From NCBI GenBank assembly GCA_965218795.1, contig OZ244653.1, forward strand, positions 1,760,001 to 1,824,000: 64,000 bases of DNA, given 5' to 3'. This document shows, one piece after another, positions 9,863 to 19,990 of the stretch. Origin of the DNA: a bacterium (GTDB taxonomy: Bacteria > UBA8248 > JACPRG01 > G963555815). Within the stretch, counting starts at the first letter, position 1. Each line of letters starts with the position of its first letter. The translations under genes and the position numbers were made by a program. The notes beneath the pieces are model-generated. The model worked only from the letters and a program-made list of their open reading frames with translations. It was not told the origin of the DNA and searched no databases.

Positions 9863-10060
9863 GTGAAGGTCAAGCCCCTGCTTGCAAGGGGCGGAACCTG
9901 GAGGGATTTTCTTCCGGGTGAGGTATCCGAAGAAGAGATCGACAGGATACGACGTCATGAGAGGACAGGCAGTCCCCCTCTCCCCCTGGGAGAGGATTGG
10001 GGAAGGCTTGAAGAGGCATGGGGCCGTCTCCTGCAAAGGCTGAAATCAGGACGGGGTCCA
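9863..10060 (+). pseudogene. C-terminal remnant of a REP-associated tyrosine (Y1) transposase
   Basis: VKVKPLL...WRDFL...EEEIDRIRRHERTG..PLG...RLEEAWGRLL resembles RAYT C-termini; no HUH domain is present. Confidence 0.65.
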
Positions 10061-10137
10061 CGAGATCGCCTGTGTCCCTTGGAATCGCCCATGATGCCCT
10101 TCCGATGCTCGTGTCTTCATTGGCCATCCGACGTGGG

Positions 10138-10815
10138 TTATACATCGCCCAGCTCACCATAGCGCGGTGCTGAGGAAGGATTGATAGCTCGACTGACATA
10201 GTCGTTCAATTGCGGAGAATAGATCCCCCATAGTTTCTCGAGTTCATCGACCGGCTCTCCCGCCTCATGCCAGTCTATACGCAGGTCGGCTATCGGCCAT
10301 GACATCTTATCGACAAGCAGCATGCCGGCCGAGTACACCGGGCCAGCTTCCCCACCTGCGCTTACCGCAGCCTTCATCGCGGCTAAAAGCCGGTCTCCGA
10401 GATGTCCCACGCTTCCTGAAAATGCATGGACCATCGCGTCAGGAACGTGCGTTCCGGACAAGAGGTTCCCTGCGCACGCGGCATTTTGTGCGGTTTTTGC
10501 GGCGTGGACGCCCAGGGTTTGTTCACCTGAATAAGTTGCAGTTCGGCCCATGTTATCAACCGCGATCAACTGTCGATAGGAAACGTGCTCAGCGGATTCT
10601 ACGATCGTCCGGATGGCCGATTCCGCCGAATGGCCGGATTCCATGAGATCAAGGCAGCGGGTTCCCAGTGACGGGTCTGTCATGTTCTGGCTTGCGGCGG
10701 CTCCCACGTCTGCACGGGCAAACGCGCAACGTGCAGCAACGGCTGGAGAAGAGGAAGAAACCGCTATGCCAAACATGCCGGTTTCTTCGCAGCGCGCTGC
10801 AATGGAAAAAGTCAC
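10138..10815 (-). CDS. DUF1028 family (Ntn-hydrolase-like) protein
   Basis: MTFSIAARC...FGIAVSSSSPAVAARC, AGGEAGPVYSAG, DLRIDW. Confidence 0.9.
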   Translation of the reverse strand: MTFSIAARCEETGMFGIAVSSSSPAVAARCAFARADVGAAASQNMTDPSLGTRCLDLMESGHSAESAIRTIVESAEHVSYRQLIAVDNMGRTATYSGEQTLGVHAAKTAQNAACAGNLLSGTHVPDAMVHAFSGSVGHLGDRLLAAMKAAVSAGGEAGPVYSAGMLLVDKMSWPIADLRIDWHEAGEPVDELEKLWGIYSPQLNDYVSRAINPSSAPRYGELGDV

Positions 10816-11237
10816 GTGCCGGAATCCTGCGGCAACACGGCCGTCGCATCGATTTCAACAAGCCACTCCGGTCGCGCCAATGCACTGACAACCAAACCGG
10901 TTGAAACAGGGTGAATGCCTCTGATGTAATGACCCATGGTCCGATATACCGCTTCGCGATGGCGCACGTCTGTGATGTAGACCACCACTTTGACCAAGTG
11001 CTCCATTGTGCCACCGCACTCTTCGATGAGTTGTTTGATGTTTTGCATCACTTTGTGGGTTTGTGCGGTCGGATCATGACTGTCGATGTTTTTCGCGTCG
11101 TCCAGGTTTTGCGCACATTGACCTCTTAAAAAGACGGTTGTACCGGTGGCTACGACCGCCTGACATAGATCATCGTCCAGGTTTTGCTCGGGGTACGTTT
11201 CCTTGGTATTGAACTTGCGAATGCGTTTGTGCGCCAT
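10812..11237 (-). CDS. RidA family protein
   Basis: HKRIRKFNTKETYPEQNLDDDLCQAV, STGLVVSALARPEWLVEIDATAV; overlaps the DUF1028 start by 4 bp. Confidence 0.9.
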   Translation of the reverse strand: MAHKRIRKFNTKETYPEQNLDDDLCQAVVATGTTVFLRGQCAQNLDDAKNIDSHDPTAQTHKVMQNIKQLIEECGGTMEHLVKVVVYITDVRHREAVYRTMGHYIRGIHPVSTGLVVSALARPEWLVEIDATAVLPQDSGT

Positions 11238-11417
11238 TTTCTTGTTCCGGTGTTTAAGAATCGGGATCGAAAAAAGTCAGGTAAAACGATACGAACTGTT
11301 TGGCTATGGGCGACAGATCTACACCCTTTCTAAAAGCCAAAACGACATTGTTTGGAGAAGCAGACGTGCCCAACTGTCAGGTGAATACCGTCTCGGTACA
11401 GTTCTAGGGACACGGCG

Positions 11418-12512
11418 TCAGCGCTCAATCAGGGTCAACTGCGAGCCGAAATTCACCCCTGCGGTTTGGCAGGCAATTTCGACCTTTTTTCGCACCCGCC
11501 TTGAGGAGATGTTGGTTTTCAGCCACCAGCCGTTCTCCAAGTCCGTGGAACGATCTGTCACCAAGCCGAACCTATCGCAGAGATCATTACGGTTTCGCGC
11601 CACCAGCCGCTGTTTCCGACCCGCCGTTTGATCGGCGAAGCGCTCCATGAATCCGGGGTCGCGGCGATCAAACGCTTTCAACACTTCGACCAGGGTTCGG
11701 ATAGCAGCCCCGGTTTCCACAGCCCCATTGTCAAGGATAAAGCCGACAATTCTAGACCTATTGCTGGGTTCTGGCGGCCTCGTCCCCCCCGGGGAGGGGG
11801 GGCGAGGGGTCGTTGGCGCATCGTCGGGCGTCCGCGGGGGCGGGGCGTCGGAAAGCAGCCCCTTCAAAAACTCCTCCACGTCGTCGAGTTCCGGCTTGGT
11901 CCCGCACTGGCTCTCCACCTCTTCCGCAAGCAGGTCGCGAAGCATCTCTTCCGGGGTCTCCAGCAGGGTCCGCCAAGCGCGCGGGATGGCCTTGCGCGCT
12001 TTCTCGCTCTCCCGGTTGCTCTCGTGCCGCTTCTCCGCCGTGCGCCGGGCTTGCCCGGAAACGACGGGGCTCTTCCGAAGGTACGTCTCCAGAAATTCGA
12101 CGTATTCGGGAGTCCTTTCCGCGCGCGTCAATTCCGCTCGATAGAACCGCCGCTCTGAGGGGGCGCCGGCCGCCATGCTGAGATAAAAATCCCAGACGTT
12201 GCCATCCGTCAGAATGAGGAACGGAACACCTTTGTTGACGGCATATCCAAACAACTGTTCCTCGCCCTGTCCGTCCGCGGCGCCGAGCTTTTTGGCTTCG
12301 ATGAAAACCAGGGGGGCGCCGCCGTCACGCAGCAGCGCATAGTCCACCCGGCCGCTGTCAACTGGAAACTCCGGAACGAACTCCGCGGGATTGGCGTCGT
12401 CCCAGTCCAGCGCGCGCAGAATCGGCAAGATGACCGCCTGCTTGACTTGCGCCTCATTGTCCAGCCGGTCGGAGAGGATGTGCTCGACCGCCTTTTTCAA
12501 CACCTCTTTCAT
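11418..12512 (-). CDS. stand-alone HsdR-N-type (PD-(D/E)xK) restriction endonuclease domain protein
   Basis: NEAQVKQAVILPILRALDW, VPEF...GRVDYAL...FIEAKK, ILTDGNVWDFY; then a Pro-rich linker and a separate C-terminal domain; no helicase motifs. Confidence 0.8.
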   Translation of the reverse strand: MKEVLKKAVEHILSDRLDNEAQVKQAVILPILRALDWDDANPAEFVPEFPVDSGRVDYALLRDGGAPLVFIEAKKLGAADGQGEEQLFGYAVNKGVPFLILTDGNVWDFYLSMAAGAPSERRFYRAELTRAERTPEYVEFLETYLRKSPVVSGQARRTAEKRHESNRESEKARKAIPRAWRTLLETPEEMLRDLLAEEVESQCGTKPELDDVEEFLKGLLSDAPPPRTPDDAPTTPRPPSPGGTRPPEPSNRSRIVGFILDNGAVETGAAIRTLVEVLKAFDRRDPGFMERFADQTAGRKQRLVARNRNDLCDRFGLVTDRSTDLENGWWLKTNISSRRVRKKVEIACQTAGVNFGSQLTLIER

Positions 12513-12630
12513 ACCATTTGACCTTTCCCCTGGTTTAGGGCCAAGTGGGTTGAGAGTTTTCGGTTGTGATCATAGAGCGAAAAGGCAGCTGAGCGGAGTC
12601 CTTGCGTAGCTTGCGCGAAGCTGCCCGTGT

Positions 12631-12735
12631 TGCCAGGTAGGCGGCCGGTGCTTTGCACCCCAACGCCGAGTGCGGCCTAGCGGTGTTGTACTGGACGCGC
12701 CAAGCTTCGATAACGGCCCGGGCATGGGCCAGAGG
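12631..12735 (-). pseudogene. IS3-family integrase core C-terminal remnant
   Basis: LAHARAVIEAWRVQYNTARPHSALGCKAPAAY. Confidence 0.75.
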
Positions 12736-12749
12736 GGTTTCCCCCTGGG

Positions 12750-12879
12750 ATTTCTCCGGCTCGAAAAACTGGAGTAGTTCCAGGACGTTCTCTCCGAATT
12801 TGAGGTGAAGAAGGCGGAAGCGCACGCCCTTCTTCGCCATGATCTTCTCGACTCCCTCCCCCTTGAACTCCATGTCCGT
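12750..12879 (-). pseudogene. fragment of a VOC/glyoxalase-family gene
   Basis: EFKGEGVEKIMAKKGVRFRLLHLKFGENVLELLQFFEP resembles the central part of VOC proteins; both ends are missing. Confidence 0.45.
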
Positions 12880-12959
12880 AGTTCAAGTGTAGATGGGTAT
12901 GCTGGTCAATGATCGGAGGAAGTAGATATCCCCTCGCGGGCGCGGTGAGTCCGGTCGAT

Positions 12960-14981
12960 TCAGGCGTCGGCGACGACGCGGACCTTTGTTTCGTAGTAGC
13001 CGGGGCATTCCCCGGCGGTCGAGAGGAGGTCGCCCGTAATGACGTTGATGCCCCGATCTTTCTTCATCCAGCCGCCGGCCCGTGCCACGCAAACGTCCGT
13101 CCGAACGCCGACGTCCAGGGCAAACCTGACGCGATAACCGCCGAAGGCTGAAACAAGCCGGCCGGTGACGTTTTCCCGGATGCCGTAGCGGGCGGCCGTA
13201 TCGGGATGAAGCCAAGCCATGGGCTCGGTCTTGTCCTGCGTGGCTTCCAACGTCTGGGAGGCCTGAGACTTGGGATTCTTGAGCGAAAGCAGGTGGAGCG
13301 GAAATTCGTTCTCCCAATCATCGACCTTCAGGACCGATCCCGAATCATTGCCGCCATGGGTCTGCGCGCCGTCATCCTGCGTCCAGGTCACCGGGGTCCG
13401 AATCGGTTCCCAATCTTCCAGGAATTCGAATTTGCCCGACGAGGTGGAAAAGTCCCCATCGGCAAAGGCGACGTCCCGCGCATTGGGTTTCTTGAAGACC
13501 CTGCCCATCGCCTCCCTGGGGTCGAGGCCATGGTCAGCCATGGGACTCAAAACGCCTTCCAGCAGATCTTCCACGGGTTTCCCCAGGTACGGGTCATCGA
13601 TCCCCATTCGCCGGGCCAGCTCACCCACGATCTCCCAATCCGTCTTGACGTCATCGAGGGGCTTCACGACAGGGATGACCGGCCCGACATAAGGATTCCA
13701 GCTTGCGGGGCGGACGTCCCGCTCCTCCAGGAACATGGCGCAGGGCAGGAACAGGTCCGCACACTCCGCCGTGTCCGTCATAAAGGGATCGACAACCGTC
13801 ACGAAATCGATGGACCGGAGGGCTTCCGCCACCTTTTTCGAGTTCGGGCACTGCGTGGCGGGATTCCCGCCGTTGATGTACGCCGCACGCAACGGCGGAT
13901 CCTTCATGTTGAAAATGGCCTCTCCGAGAATGCCCTTGGGCGCCGTGCGCCTGGAAGTAACGAACTCATCTCCCTTCAGCGTCTGATCGAACGCCGCCCA
14001 GAAATCGGAGGAGTACTGTAAACCCCCTCCCGGTACACCGATGTTCCCGGAGACCGCAACGGCGGACAGGATGAGCCGAGTGATTTCCGTTCCCTGTCGA
14101 TAGTGCTGCGGCCCCTTCCCCATCAGGACGCAGGTGGGGTGTTTTTTCTCGAAGAGGACGGCTATCTCTTTCAATTGCGCCTCGGGCAGACCCGCGCCGG
14201 CCGCCAGCTCCGACCAGCTGAACCGCGCCGCCATCCGCTCGATGGCTTCCGGGTTGTCGCAACGTGTCTCCATGAAGTCCCTGTCAGCCTTGCCCGTCTC
14301 CAACAGGTGCTTGCAGACCCCAATGGCCAGGAAGCCGTCGCCGCCGGGCCTGGGGGCGTAGTGGCGGTCGCAGAATTTTGCCGATTCGTTCCGGACGGGA
14401 TCTATCAAAATGATCTCGATCCCCCGCTCCCTGGCGCGGCGGAGGAGCGGCACCAGATGGACGGAATACGCAGCGGGATTCCGCCCCCAAAGGACGATCA
14501 TCCGACTGTTATACATGTCGGTCGGCTCATGGCCCGAAATCCGGCCCAAACTCTGGAGCATTCCGGCGATCCCGGCGGACAGACACAGACTTCCGGAAGC
14601 GACCGTCGGTCCCCCCAGCCGGTTGAATAACCGGATGTTGTATTGCTTGGAGATACCGAACGAGCCGACGTCCATGTAATACAGGATGGACTCGGACCCG
14701 TATTCATCCGCGGTCTTTCGGAAACGTTCCGCCGCCCAATCCAGGGCATCGTCCCACCCGATATCCTCCCAGCCGGATTGGGTCTTGCGGCGGGGTTGAG
14801 TCACCCGCTCGGGACCATAGAGGCGGTCCAGGAAGCGGTTGAGCCGGATACAAAGGAAGCCCTCGGTATACGGATGATCTTTCGCTCCGCGAAGCCGTAC
14901 GATCCGACCGTCTTCGACGTCCGCATCGATTCCGCAAGCATCCTGACAATCCAGGGCACACGTCGTCCGGATCGTTTTCAT
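12960..14981 (-). CDS. molybdopterin (bis-MGD) dependent oxidoreductase, DMSO reductase family
   Basis: TTCALDCQDAC...FLC Fe-S motif, LWGRNP, VVDPFMTDTAECADLFLP, C-terminal HPDTAARYGI dinucleotide-binding domain; no Tat signal. Confidence 0.9.
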   Translation of the reverse strand: MKTIRTTCALDCQDACGIDADVEDGRIVRLRGAKDHPYTEGFLCIRLNRFLDRLYGPERVTQPRRKTQSGWEDIGWDDALDWAAERFRKTADEYGSESILYYMDVGSFGISKQYNIRLFNRLGGPTVASGSLCLSAGIAGMLQSLGRISGHEPTDMYNSRMIVLWGRNPAAYSVHLVPLLRRARERGIEIILIDPVRNESAKFCDRHYAPRPGGDGFLAIGVCKHLLETGKADRDFMETRCDNPEAIERMAARFSWSELAAGAGLPEAQLKEIAVLFEKKHPTCVLMGKGPQHYRQGTEITRLILSAVAVSGNIGVPGGGLQYSSDFWAAFDQTLKGDEFVTSRRTAPKGILGEAIFNMKDPPLRAAYINGGNPATQCPNSKKVAEALRSIDFVTVVDPFMTDTAECADLFLPCAMFLEERDVRPASWNPYVGPVIPVVKPLDDVKTDWEIVGELARRMGIDDPYLGKPVEDLLEGVLSPMADHGLDPREAMGRVFKKPNARDVAFADGDFSTSSGKFEFLEDWEPIRTPVTWTQDDGAQTHGGNDSGSVLKVDDWENEFPLHLLSLKNPKSQASQTLEATQDKTEPMAWLHPDTAARYGIRENVTGRLVSAFGGYRVRFALDVGVRTDVCVARAGGWMKKDRGINVITGDLLSTAGECPGYYETKVRVVADA

Positions 14982-15200
14982 GAAGCCCTCCGCTTGTCGC
15001 TCACCGCAATCAGGGATCCAGTCTGTCCCTCCCGAAGAAATCGGAAAACTCATTATAGTGCAAATTGCCAAACATCCAGAACCGTTCAATGGCTGACCGC
15101 TTGATTCCTTGCCGGGTAGTGGCAGTGGACACCGCCGAGTGCTACGCTTTCCGATGAACCGACCGGACCGTCCCGTTCAACAACGAAAGGAGTTCGATCG

Positions 15201-15971
15201 ATGGACCTGGGACTCAAAGACCGCGTTGCGTTCATCACCGGCGCCAGCCGGGGGCTGGGCAAGGCGTCCGCATTGGCCCTGGCGTCGGAGGGATGCCGCA
15301 TCGCGACCATCGCCCGCGGGATGGAAGGGCTCCAAGCGGCCAAGGCCGAGATCGAGAGTCTGGGGGTGGAGGTGTTTACCGTTCCGGGTGACGCGGGCAA
15401 GACCGAGGACGGCGAGCGCTTCTTCGCCGAGTCCATCGCCCATTTTCAGCAGGTGGACATCCTGATCAACAACATCGGGGGCTCGATCCCGGGTGGGGAC
15501 ATCGACCTGGATGACGCCACCTGGAGGCTGGCTTTCGAGAACAACTTTTTCTCCGCCGTCACTTTGATCCGGCTCGTCCTGCCGGAGATGCAAGAGCAGG
15601 CATGGGGACGGATTATCAATATTTCGTCCATCTTCGGCCGGGAGTGGGGAGGCAACTCGACGTACATGGCCTCCAAGGCGGCGATGATCGGCTTGACCAA
15701 GAACCTCGCCCGCTCTGTCCAGGATGACGCGATCACGATTAACTCGGTCGCCCCCGGCTCCATCATGTTCGAGGGAGGCTCCTGGTGGAGGAGGCGGCAA
15801 GAAGACCCGGAGACGATCGACGCCTTCACCCGGGCCGAGATGCCCTACGGACGAATGGGCAGACCGGAGGAGATCGGAAGTGTCGTGGCCTTTCTGGCCT
15901 CAGAACAGGCCGGGTTGATCAACGGGGCGTGCCTCAACGTCGACGGCGGCCAATCGCGCTCACTGATATAG
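15201..15971 (+). CDS. SDR family oxidoreductase
   Basis: TGASRGLG, NNIG, YMASK, NVDGG; AAGGAG RBS. Confidence 0.92.
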   Translation: MDLGLKDRVAFITGASRGLGKASALALASEGCRIATIARGMEGLQAAKAEIESLGVEVFTVPGDAGKTEDGERFFAESIAHFQQVDILINNIGGSIPGGDIDLDDATWRLAFENNFFSAVTLIRLVLPEMQEQAWGRIINISSIFGREWGGNSTYMASKAAMIGLTKNLARSVQDDAITINSVAPGSIMFEGGSWWRRRQEDPETIDAFTRAEMPYGRMGRPEEIGSVVAFLASEQAGLINGACLNVDGGQSRSLI

Positions 15972-16105
15972 ACGTGGAAAATCCTTCTGATTTCCCGGGG
16001 GCCTTCCTGGGCGCTTGCGCGCCGGCCGTTTCGCGAAGGGCCGATCGGCGAGCCATTCGCTCCCAACCGGCCCTTTGTTGGAATCACGGAGGCGCCGCGG
16101 TCCAT

Positions 16106-16492
16106 CTAATCCAGCATCGCGATGGCCTCAATCTCCAACAGCCAGTCCGGATGGACCAAACGCGGGATCTGGACATAGGTGCTCGGAACGGCCTCGCTGA
16201 AATAGTCGCTCCGCACCTTGGAGACCGGCGTGATGTGGCTGTCGATGTCCGTGGAGTAAATGTTGATCTTGACGACATTCTCGAAGGTTGCGCCGGCGGA
16301 GGAGAGACACTTCTTGATGTTTTCAAACACCTGTCTGGCTTGGGCCTCGATGTCCCCCTTCCCCACCAGGTTCCCATCCGCGTCCACCGGCGTCTGGCCG
16401 GCCACATAGATGGTATTGCCATGTCTTGAGACCTGCGCGAACCTCGGACGGGGGTCCCACAGGTCTTCCGGCTGGATGATTTCCCTGGGCAT
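16106..16492 (-). CDS. RidA family protein
   Basis: IYVAGQ, QARQVFENI, PSTYVQIPRLVHPDWLLEIEAIA. Confidence 0.9.
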   Translation of the reverse strand: MPREIIQPEDLWDPRPRFAQVSRHGNTIYVAGQTPVDADGNLVGKGDIEAQARQVFENIKKCLSSAGATFENVVKINIYSTDIDSHITPVSKVRSDYFSEAVPSTYVQIPRLVHPDWLLEIEAIAMLD

Positions 16493-16536
16493 GGTTACGC
16501 TCCTTTTCCTTCGGTTTGACTCCCGAACGGCTATGG

Positions 16537-17511
16537 CTACTCCTTCACCTCGTCCTTCTTCTCTCGGTCCTTGTGATGCGCCAGACCCGTCTTGCCAAAA
16601 CAGCGCTCCAAAAACGGCAACGCCTCACTCCAGGTCATGGCGCCTGATATGAAGTGACCCGTTGGGACTTCACGGGAGGTGACCTCCCGCTCCTTCCCCA
16701 TCTCTTTCCGGAGGCGTTTCACGAATTCCCGCATTTGAGAGATCGGGACGACCTGATCCGCTGTCCCGTGAATGAAAACGATCGGGCACGTCAATTCATC
16801 AGAAAACAGCAAGGGCGAACGGAGCTTCATGTCCCGCTCGTTCAGACCCGCCTCGCGCTCGATCTTCTTTCTCAGTTCCAACTGTTCCCGTGAGAGCGGA
16901 GGTTCCCGGTCCTCGCCGGGCATCACCTCCGTCAAGTCGTAAACTCCGCTCTGCAGGATCAGGCCGCGAACCCTCGGCACCTTTCGGGCCAACAAAGCGG
17001 CGGCCGTCGCTCCGCGCGAATCGCCGAATATCGCGATCCGCTCCCCGTCGACATAAGGAAGTTTCTGGAAATACTGAATGGCGAAGGCCCACCGCCCTAT
17101 CGTCTCCGGACCGACAAAGTCCGCTTTTCCGGTAGAGGCGCCGAACCCCGGCATCGACGGGGCCATGACCGCATATCCGCGCGAAGCGAGGAACTCGCCG
17201 GTGTTGTCGATGAAATACTCCCGGCCGCCCAACCGCCCGGTGGGATCGGGCTGATCACCATGAATCATGACGACGCCTGGAAAGGGTCCGGCTCCCTTCG
17301 GCTTGAAGAGAAAAACTTCCGTCTCGTCTTCGAGATTTTTCGGGCCGCTCAAGAAAGTCCGCCGAACGGTGACCCCTTCTTCCGCGCTCTGGAACTCAGT
17401 GACAGCGCAGCCCGATGCCAAAAGGCCAAACATGAGCAGCGACGCTCCGCCGAGCGCCCACTTTGCCGGTCGACCTCTCGTAGCCTTCGGAACATGGAAA
17501 GAATTCAACAT
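16537..17511 (-). CDS. alpha/beta hydrolase (S9 peptidase-like), probable lipoprotein
   Basis: LASGC lipobox, GDSRG nucleophile elbow, IHGTADQVVP, GH. Confidence 0.8.
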   Translation of the reverse strand: MLNSFHVPKATRGRPAKWALGGASLLMFGLLASGCAVTEFQSAEEGVTVRRTFLSGPKNLEDETEVFLFKPKGAGPFPGVVMIHGDQPDPTGRLGGREYFIDNTGEFLASRGYAVMAPSMPGFGASTGKADFVGPETIGRWAFAIQYFQKLPYVDGERIAIFGDSRGATAAALLARKVPRVRGLILQSGVYDLTEVMPGEDREPPLSREQLELRKKIEREAGLNERDMKLRSPLLFSDELTCPIVFIHGTADQVVPISQMREFVKRLRKEMGKEREVTSREVPTGHFISGAMTWSEALPFLERCFGKTGLAHHKDREKKDEVKE

Positions 17512-17580
17512 CGGCTGGATCTCGGGCTGGCTCTCGCCGCCTCGAGGATACGAGTCATCAAAGCCCGGCGGCTTATTCTT

Positions 17581-18543
17581 TCACATGCGATTGGATTCCA
17601 CTTCCCCAGGGGCCTGCGCCTTCAGGCAGGCATAGATGATATCGTGGATGGGGGTGGGCACGCCCGCCTCCTTCCCCAGTCGGACGGCCGCCCCCGCCAG
17701 GCTGTCGATTTCCAAGGGCTTCCCGGCCTCCAGATCCTTCTGAAGAGAGGACCGCATATCGGTTAGCCCCTCCGAAAAGGCAATCACTGTATCGACCGCG
17801 TCCGCCGGGAGGTTCACGCCGCGCGCGCGGGCGACGGCTTCCACCTCGCGGATGGCTGAGAAATAAAGGTCGCGGGTTTCGGGGAAATCCAGAACCCCCC
17901 GCAGGCCCTTCCGCGTCATGGCCGTCATCCCGCTCATGGGACAGATATAAAGGAATTTGCTCCAGAGCGCGGACGCAATGTCCTCCGCCAGCTCGACGGG
18001 TACGCCCGTTCGCTCAAGAAGGCCTCGAACGCTTTCCGCCCGATTCGAGATGCTCCCGTCCGCTTCGCCGAACACCATCCGTCTCGGACCGCCTACATGC
18101 CGCACGACCCCCGGAGATACGAGCGTCGCTTCAATGTAAACCGCCCCGGGGAGGATATCCGCACGGGCGCCCTTCTCGGCCAAGACCGCCGCGATTCGCT
18201 CCGCGCTGTCCACACCATTTTGAAGGGTCAGGACAAATGTGTCGCCGCCCAGCAGAGAAGGAAGCGCGGCGGCGGCTTCACGAGTATCCGGCCCCTTCAC
18301 CACAAACAGAACCCCGTCGACCGATCCGATTTCACCGGAATCTTCCGTCGCGTTGACGGCCTCCGGGGGGAGATGGAAACTTCCGGCGCCGCTCTCATCC
18401 GGCCCCTCGACCCGAAGGCCGGAATCCCGCATGGCGCGGATGTGATTCCCCCGGCCGATGAGGTGAATCTCTTCGCCGAGACGCGCCAGGAGTGCGCCAT
18501 AGTAAGCGCCGACCGCCCCCGCTCCCATCACAGCGATCTTCAC
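17581..18543 (-). CDS. panE: 2-dehydropantoate 2-reductase (ketopantoate reductase family)
   Basis: MKIAVMGAGAVG, TLQNGV, LWSKF, SSLQKDLEAGKPLEIDSLAGA. Confidence 0.85.
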   Translation of the reverse strand: MKIAVMGAGAVGAYYGALLARLGEEIHLIGRGNHIRAMRDSGLRVEGPDESGAGSFHLPPEAVNATEDSGEIGSVDGVLFVVKGPDTREAAAALPSLLGGDTFVLTLQNGVDSAERIAAVLAEKGARADILPGAVYIEATLVSPGVVRHVGGPRRMVFGEADGSISNRAESVRGLLERTGVPVELAEDIASALWSKFLYICPMSGMTAMTRKGLRGVLDFPETRDLYFSAIREVEAVARARGVNLPADAVDTVIAFSEGLTDMRSSLQKDLEAGKPLEIDSLAGAAVRLGKEAGVPTPIHDIIYACLKAQAPGEVESNRM

Positions 18544-18570
18544 CCGAAGCTCTCCACGGCAGGCGCGATA

Positions 18571-19806
18571 TCACTTCTCCCGCCCTCGGACAAGCCGGCC
18601 ATTGTCCCAGGTCACCTTCCCGTTGCGAATGGTGTAGAGGACCGGACCCATGAATCGGATGGCCTGTTTGACGTTGGGCTGGCCGATGATCGTGAGATCC
18701 GCGCGGCAGCCTTCCTGGATCCCGTAATCCTTCAGTCCCATGGCCCTGGCGGCGTTCACCGTGACGGCGTCGTAGAGAAAATCGATCTCTTTCAGGGTCT
18801 GGGTCTGGATGGCGTGACCTAAAAACCAAGCGACCTCCAGCTGGTTCATCCGCCCGAAGGGGTAATAGAGGTCCTGCACGTCGTCCTGAGAGGAAAGGAC
18901 GTTGATCCCCAGGGCGCGCATCTCGCGCACCCGCATAATCCCCCGCCGAACCGGCTGGTCATCAAACCGGCCGTTCAGCATCACGTTGATGTGGGAGTTG
19001 CAGGAGAAATTGATTCGGGCCTGTCGGGCCAGACGGAGGATCTTATCGGCGTAGGAGTTGTTCCAGGAAGCCATCGCCTCGGAGTGACTGACGGTGACGT
19101 GGCCCCGGTATTTTGATTTGAGCGCCCTGACGGCCACGGCTTCGAGGGTCCGCGAGTTGGCGTCGTCCGTGTCATCGAGCAGGAAGTGGAGGTCCCTCTT
19201 GTATGTCTCGGCCATATCAAAGCAGATGTCGACGTGCCGGCGGGCGTCTTCGTCCGTCCATTCGAACCACGGGATTCCGCCCACAACGTCCGCCCCCATC
19301 TCCATGGCTTCGTGCATGAGATCCTCTGTACCCGGGTCGCAGACGATCCCCTCCTGGGGGAACGCCACCACCTCGATATCCACGATATCCGCGTAGCGCC
19401 GCTTGAGCTCGACCAGGCCCCGCACGGGCATGTTCCCCTTCCCGATCGTTCCTACGTCGGCGAACAGCCTCAGAAAGGTCGACCCGTACTGGACGGCCAG
19501 CTCCACCGCCGATGAGGCCCGCTTGCAGATGTCCTCGACCGTGTAGCGGGGCCGGAAGTAGAGCGTATTGCGAATCGCCTCGTCAAAGGTCCCTGAGACG
19601 TTGGGCTTGATTTCACCGAGCTGGCACTTATCCAAATGCGTATGGGCGTTGACGAAGGCCGGCGTGGTGAGATTGCCCTGGGCATTGATGGTTCGACGCG
19701 CTTTCCCGGATACCTTCCCCACGCGCTGAATGACGCCGTCCCGGATTCCGATGTCCAGCGTTCTCTTTTCGCCCCGCAGTTGGGCGTTCTTAATCAGTAG
19801 ATCCAT
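18571..19806 (-). CDS. cytosine/creatinine deaminase-like amidohydrolase
   Basis: NAHTHLDK, VVAFPQEG, VVGGIPWFE, SQDDVQDLYYPFG; start placed at MDLLIKNA. Confidence 0.88.
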   Translation of the reverse strand: MDLLIKNAQLRGEKRTLDIGIRDGVIQRVGKVSGKARRTINAQGNLTTPAFVNAHTHLDKCQLGEIKPNVSGTFDEAIRNTLYFRPRYTVEDICKRASSAVELAVQYGSTFLRLFADVGTIGKGNMPVRGLVELKRRYADIVDIEVVAFPQEGIVCDPGTEDLMHEAMEMGADVVGGIPWFEWTDEDARRHVDICFDMAETYKRDLHFLLDDTDDANSRTLEAVAVRALKSKYRGHVTVSHSEAMASWNNSYADKILRLARQARINFSCNSHINVMLNGRFDDQPVRRGIMRVREMRALGINVLSSQDDVQDLYYPFGRMNQLEVAWFLGHAIQTQTLKEIDFLYDAVTVNAARAMGLKDYGIQEGCRADLTIIGQPNVKQAIRFMGPVLYTIRNGKVTWDNGRLVRGREK

Positions 19807-19990
19807 TTTCAGGAGCTCTCCCCGCAGATGGAACCCAACCCCCAGCATCCTCCGAACGAGAACGCATGATTGCACAGCTGATATGGGAAAATTGCGGCAA
19901 GGACGAGTATAAGTTCGCGTGGGGAATTCTGTCAAAAGAAGGTTCGGGTTGAGACGGCGCCGTTGGACCTGCATGATGCGTCGGGATGGA

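Noticed and set aside
12960-14981. Selenocysteine recoding in the molybdoenzyme
   Set aside because: The frame is uninterrupted; there is no in-frame TGA.
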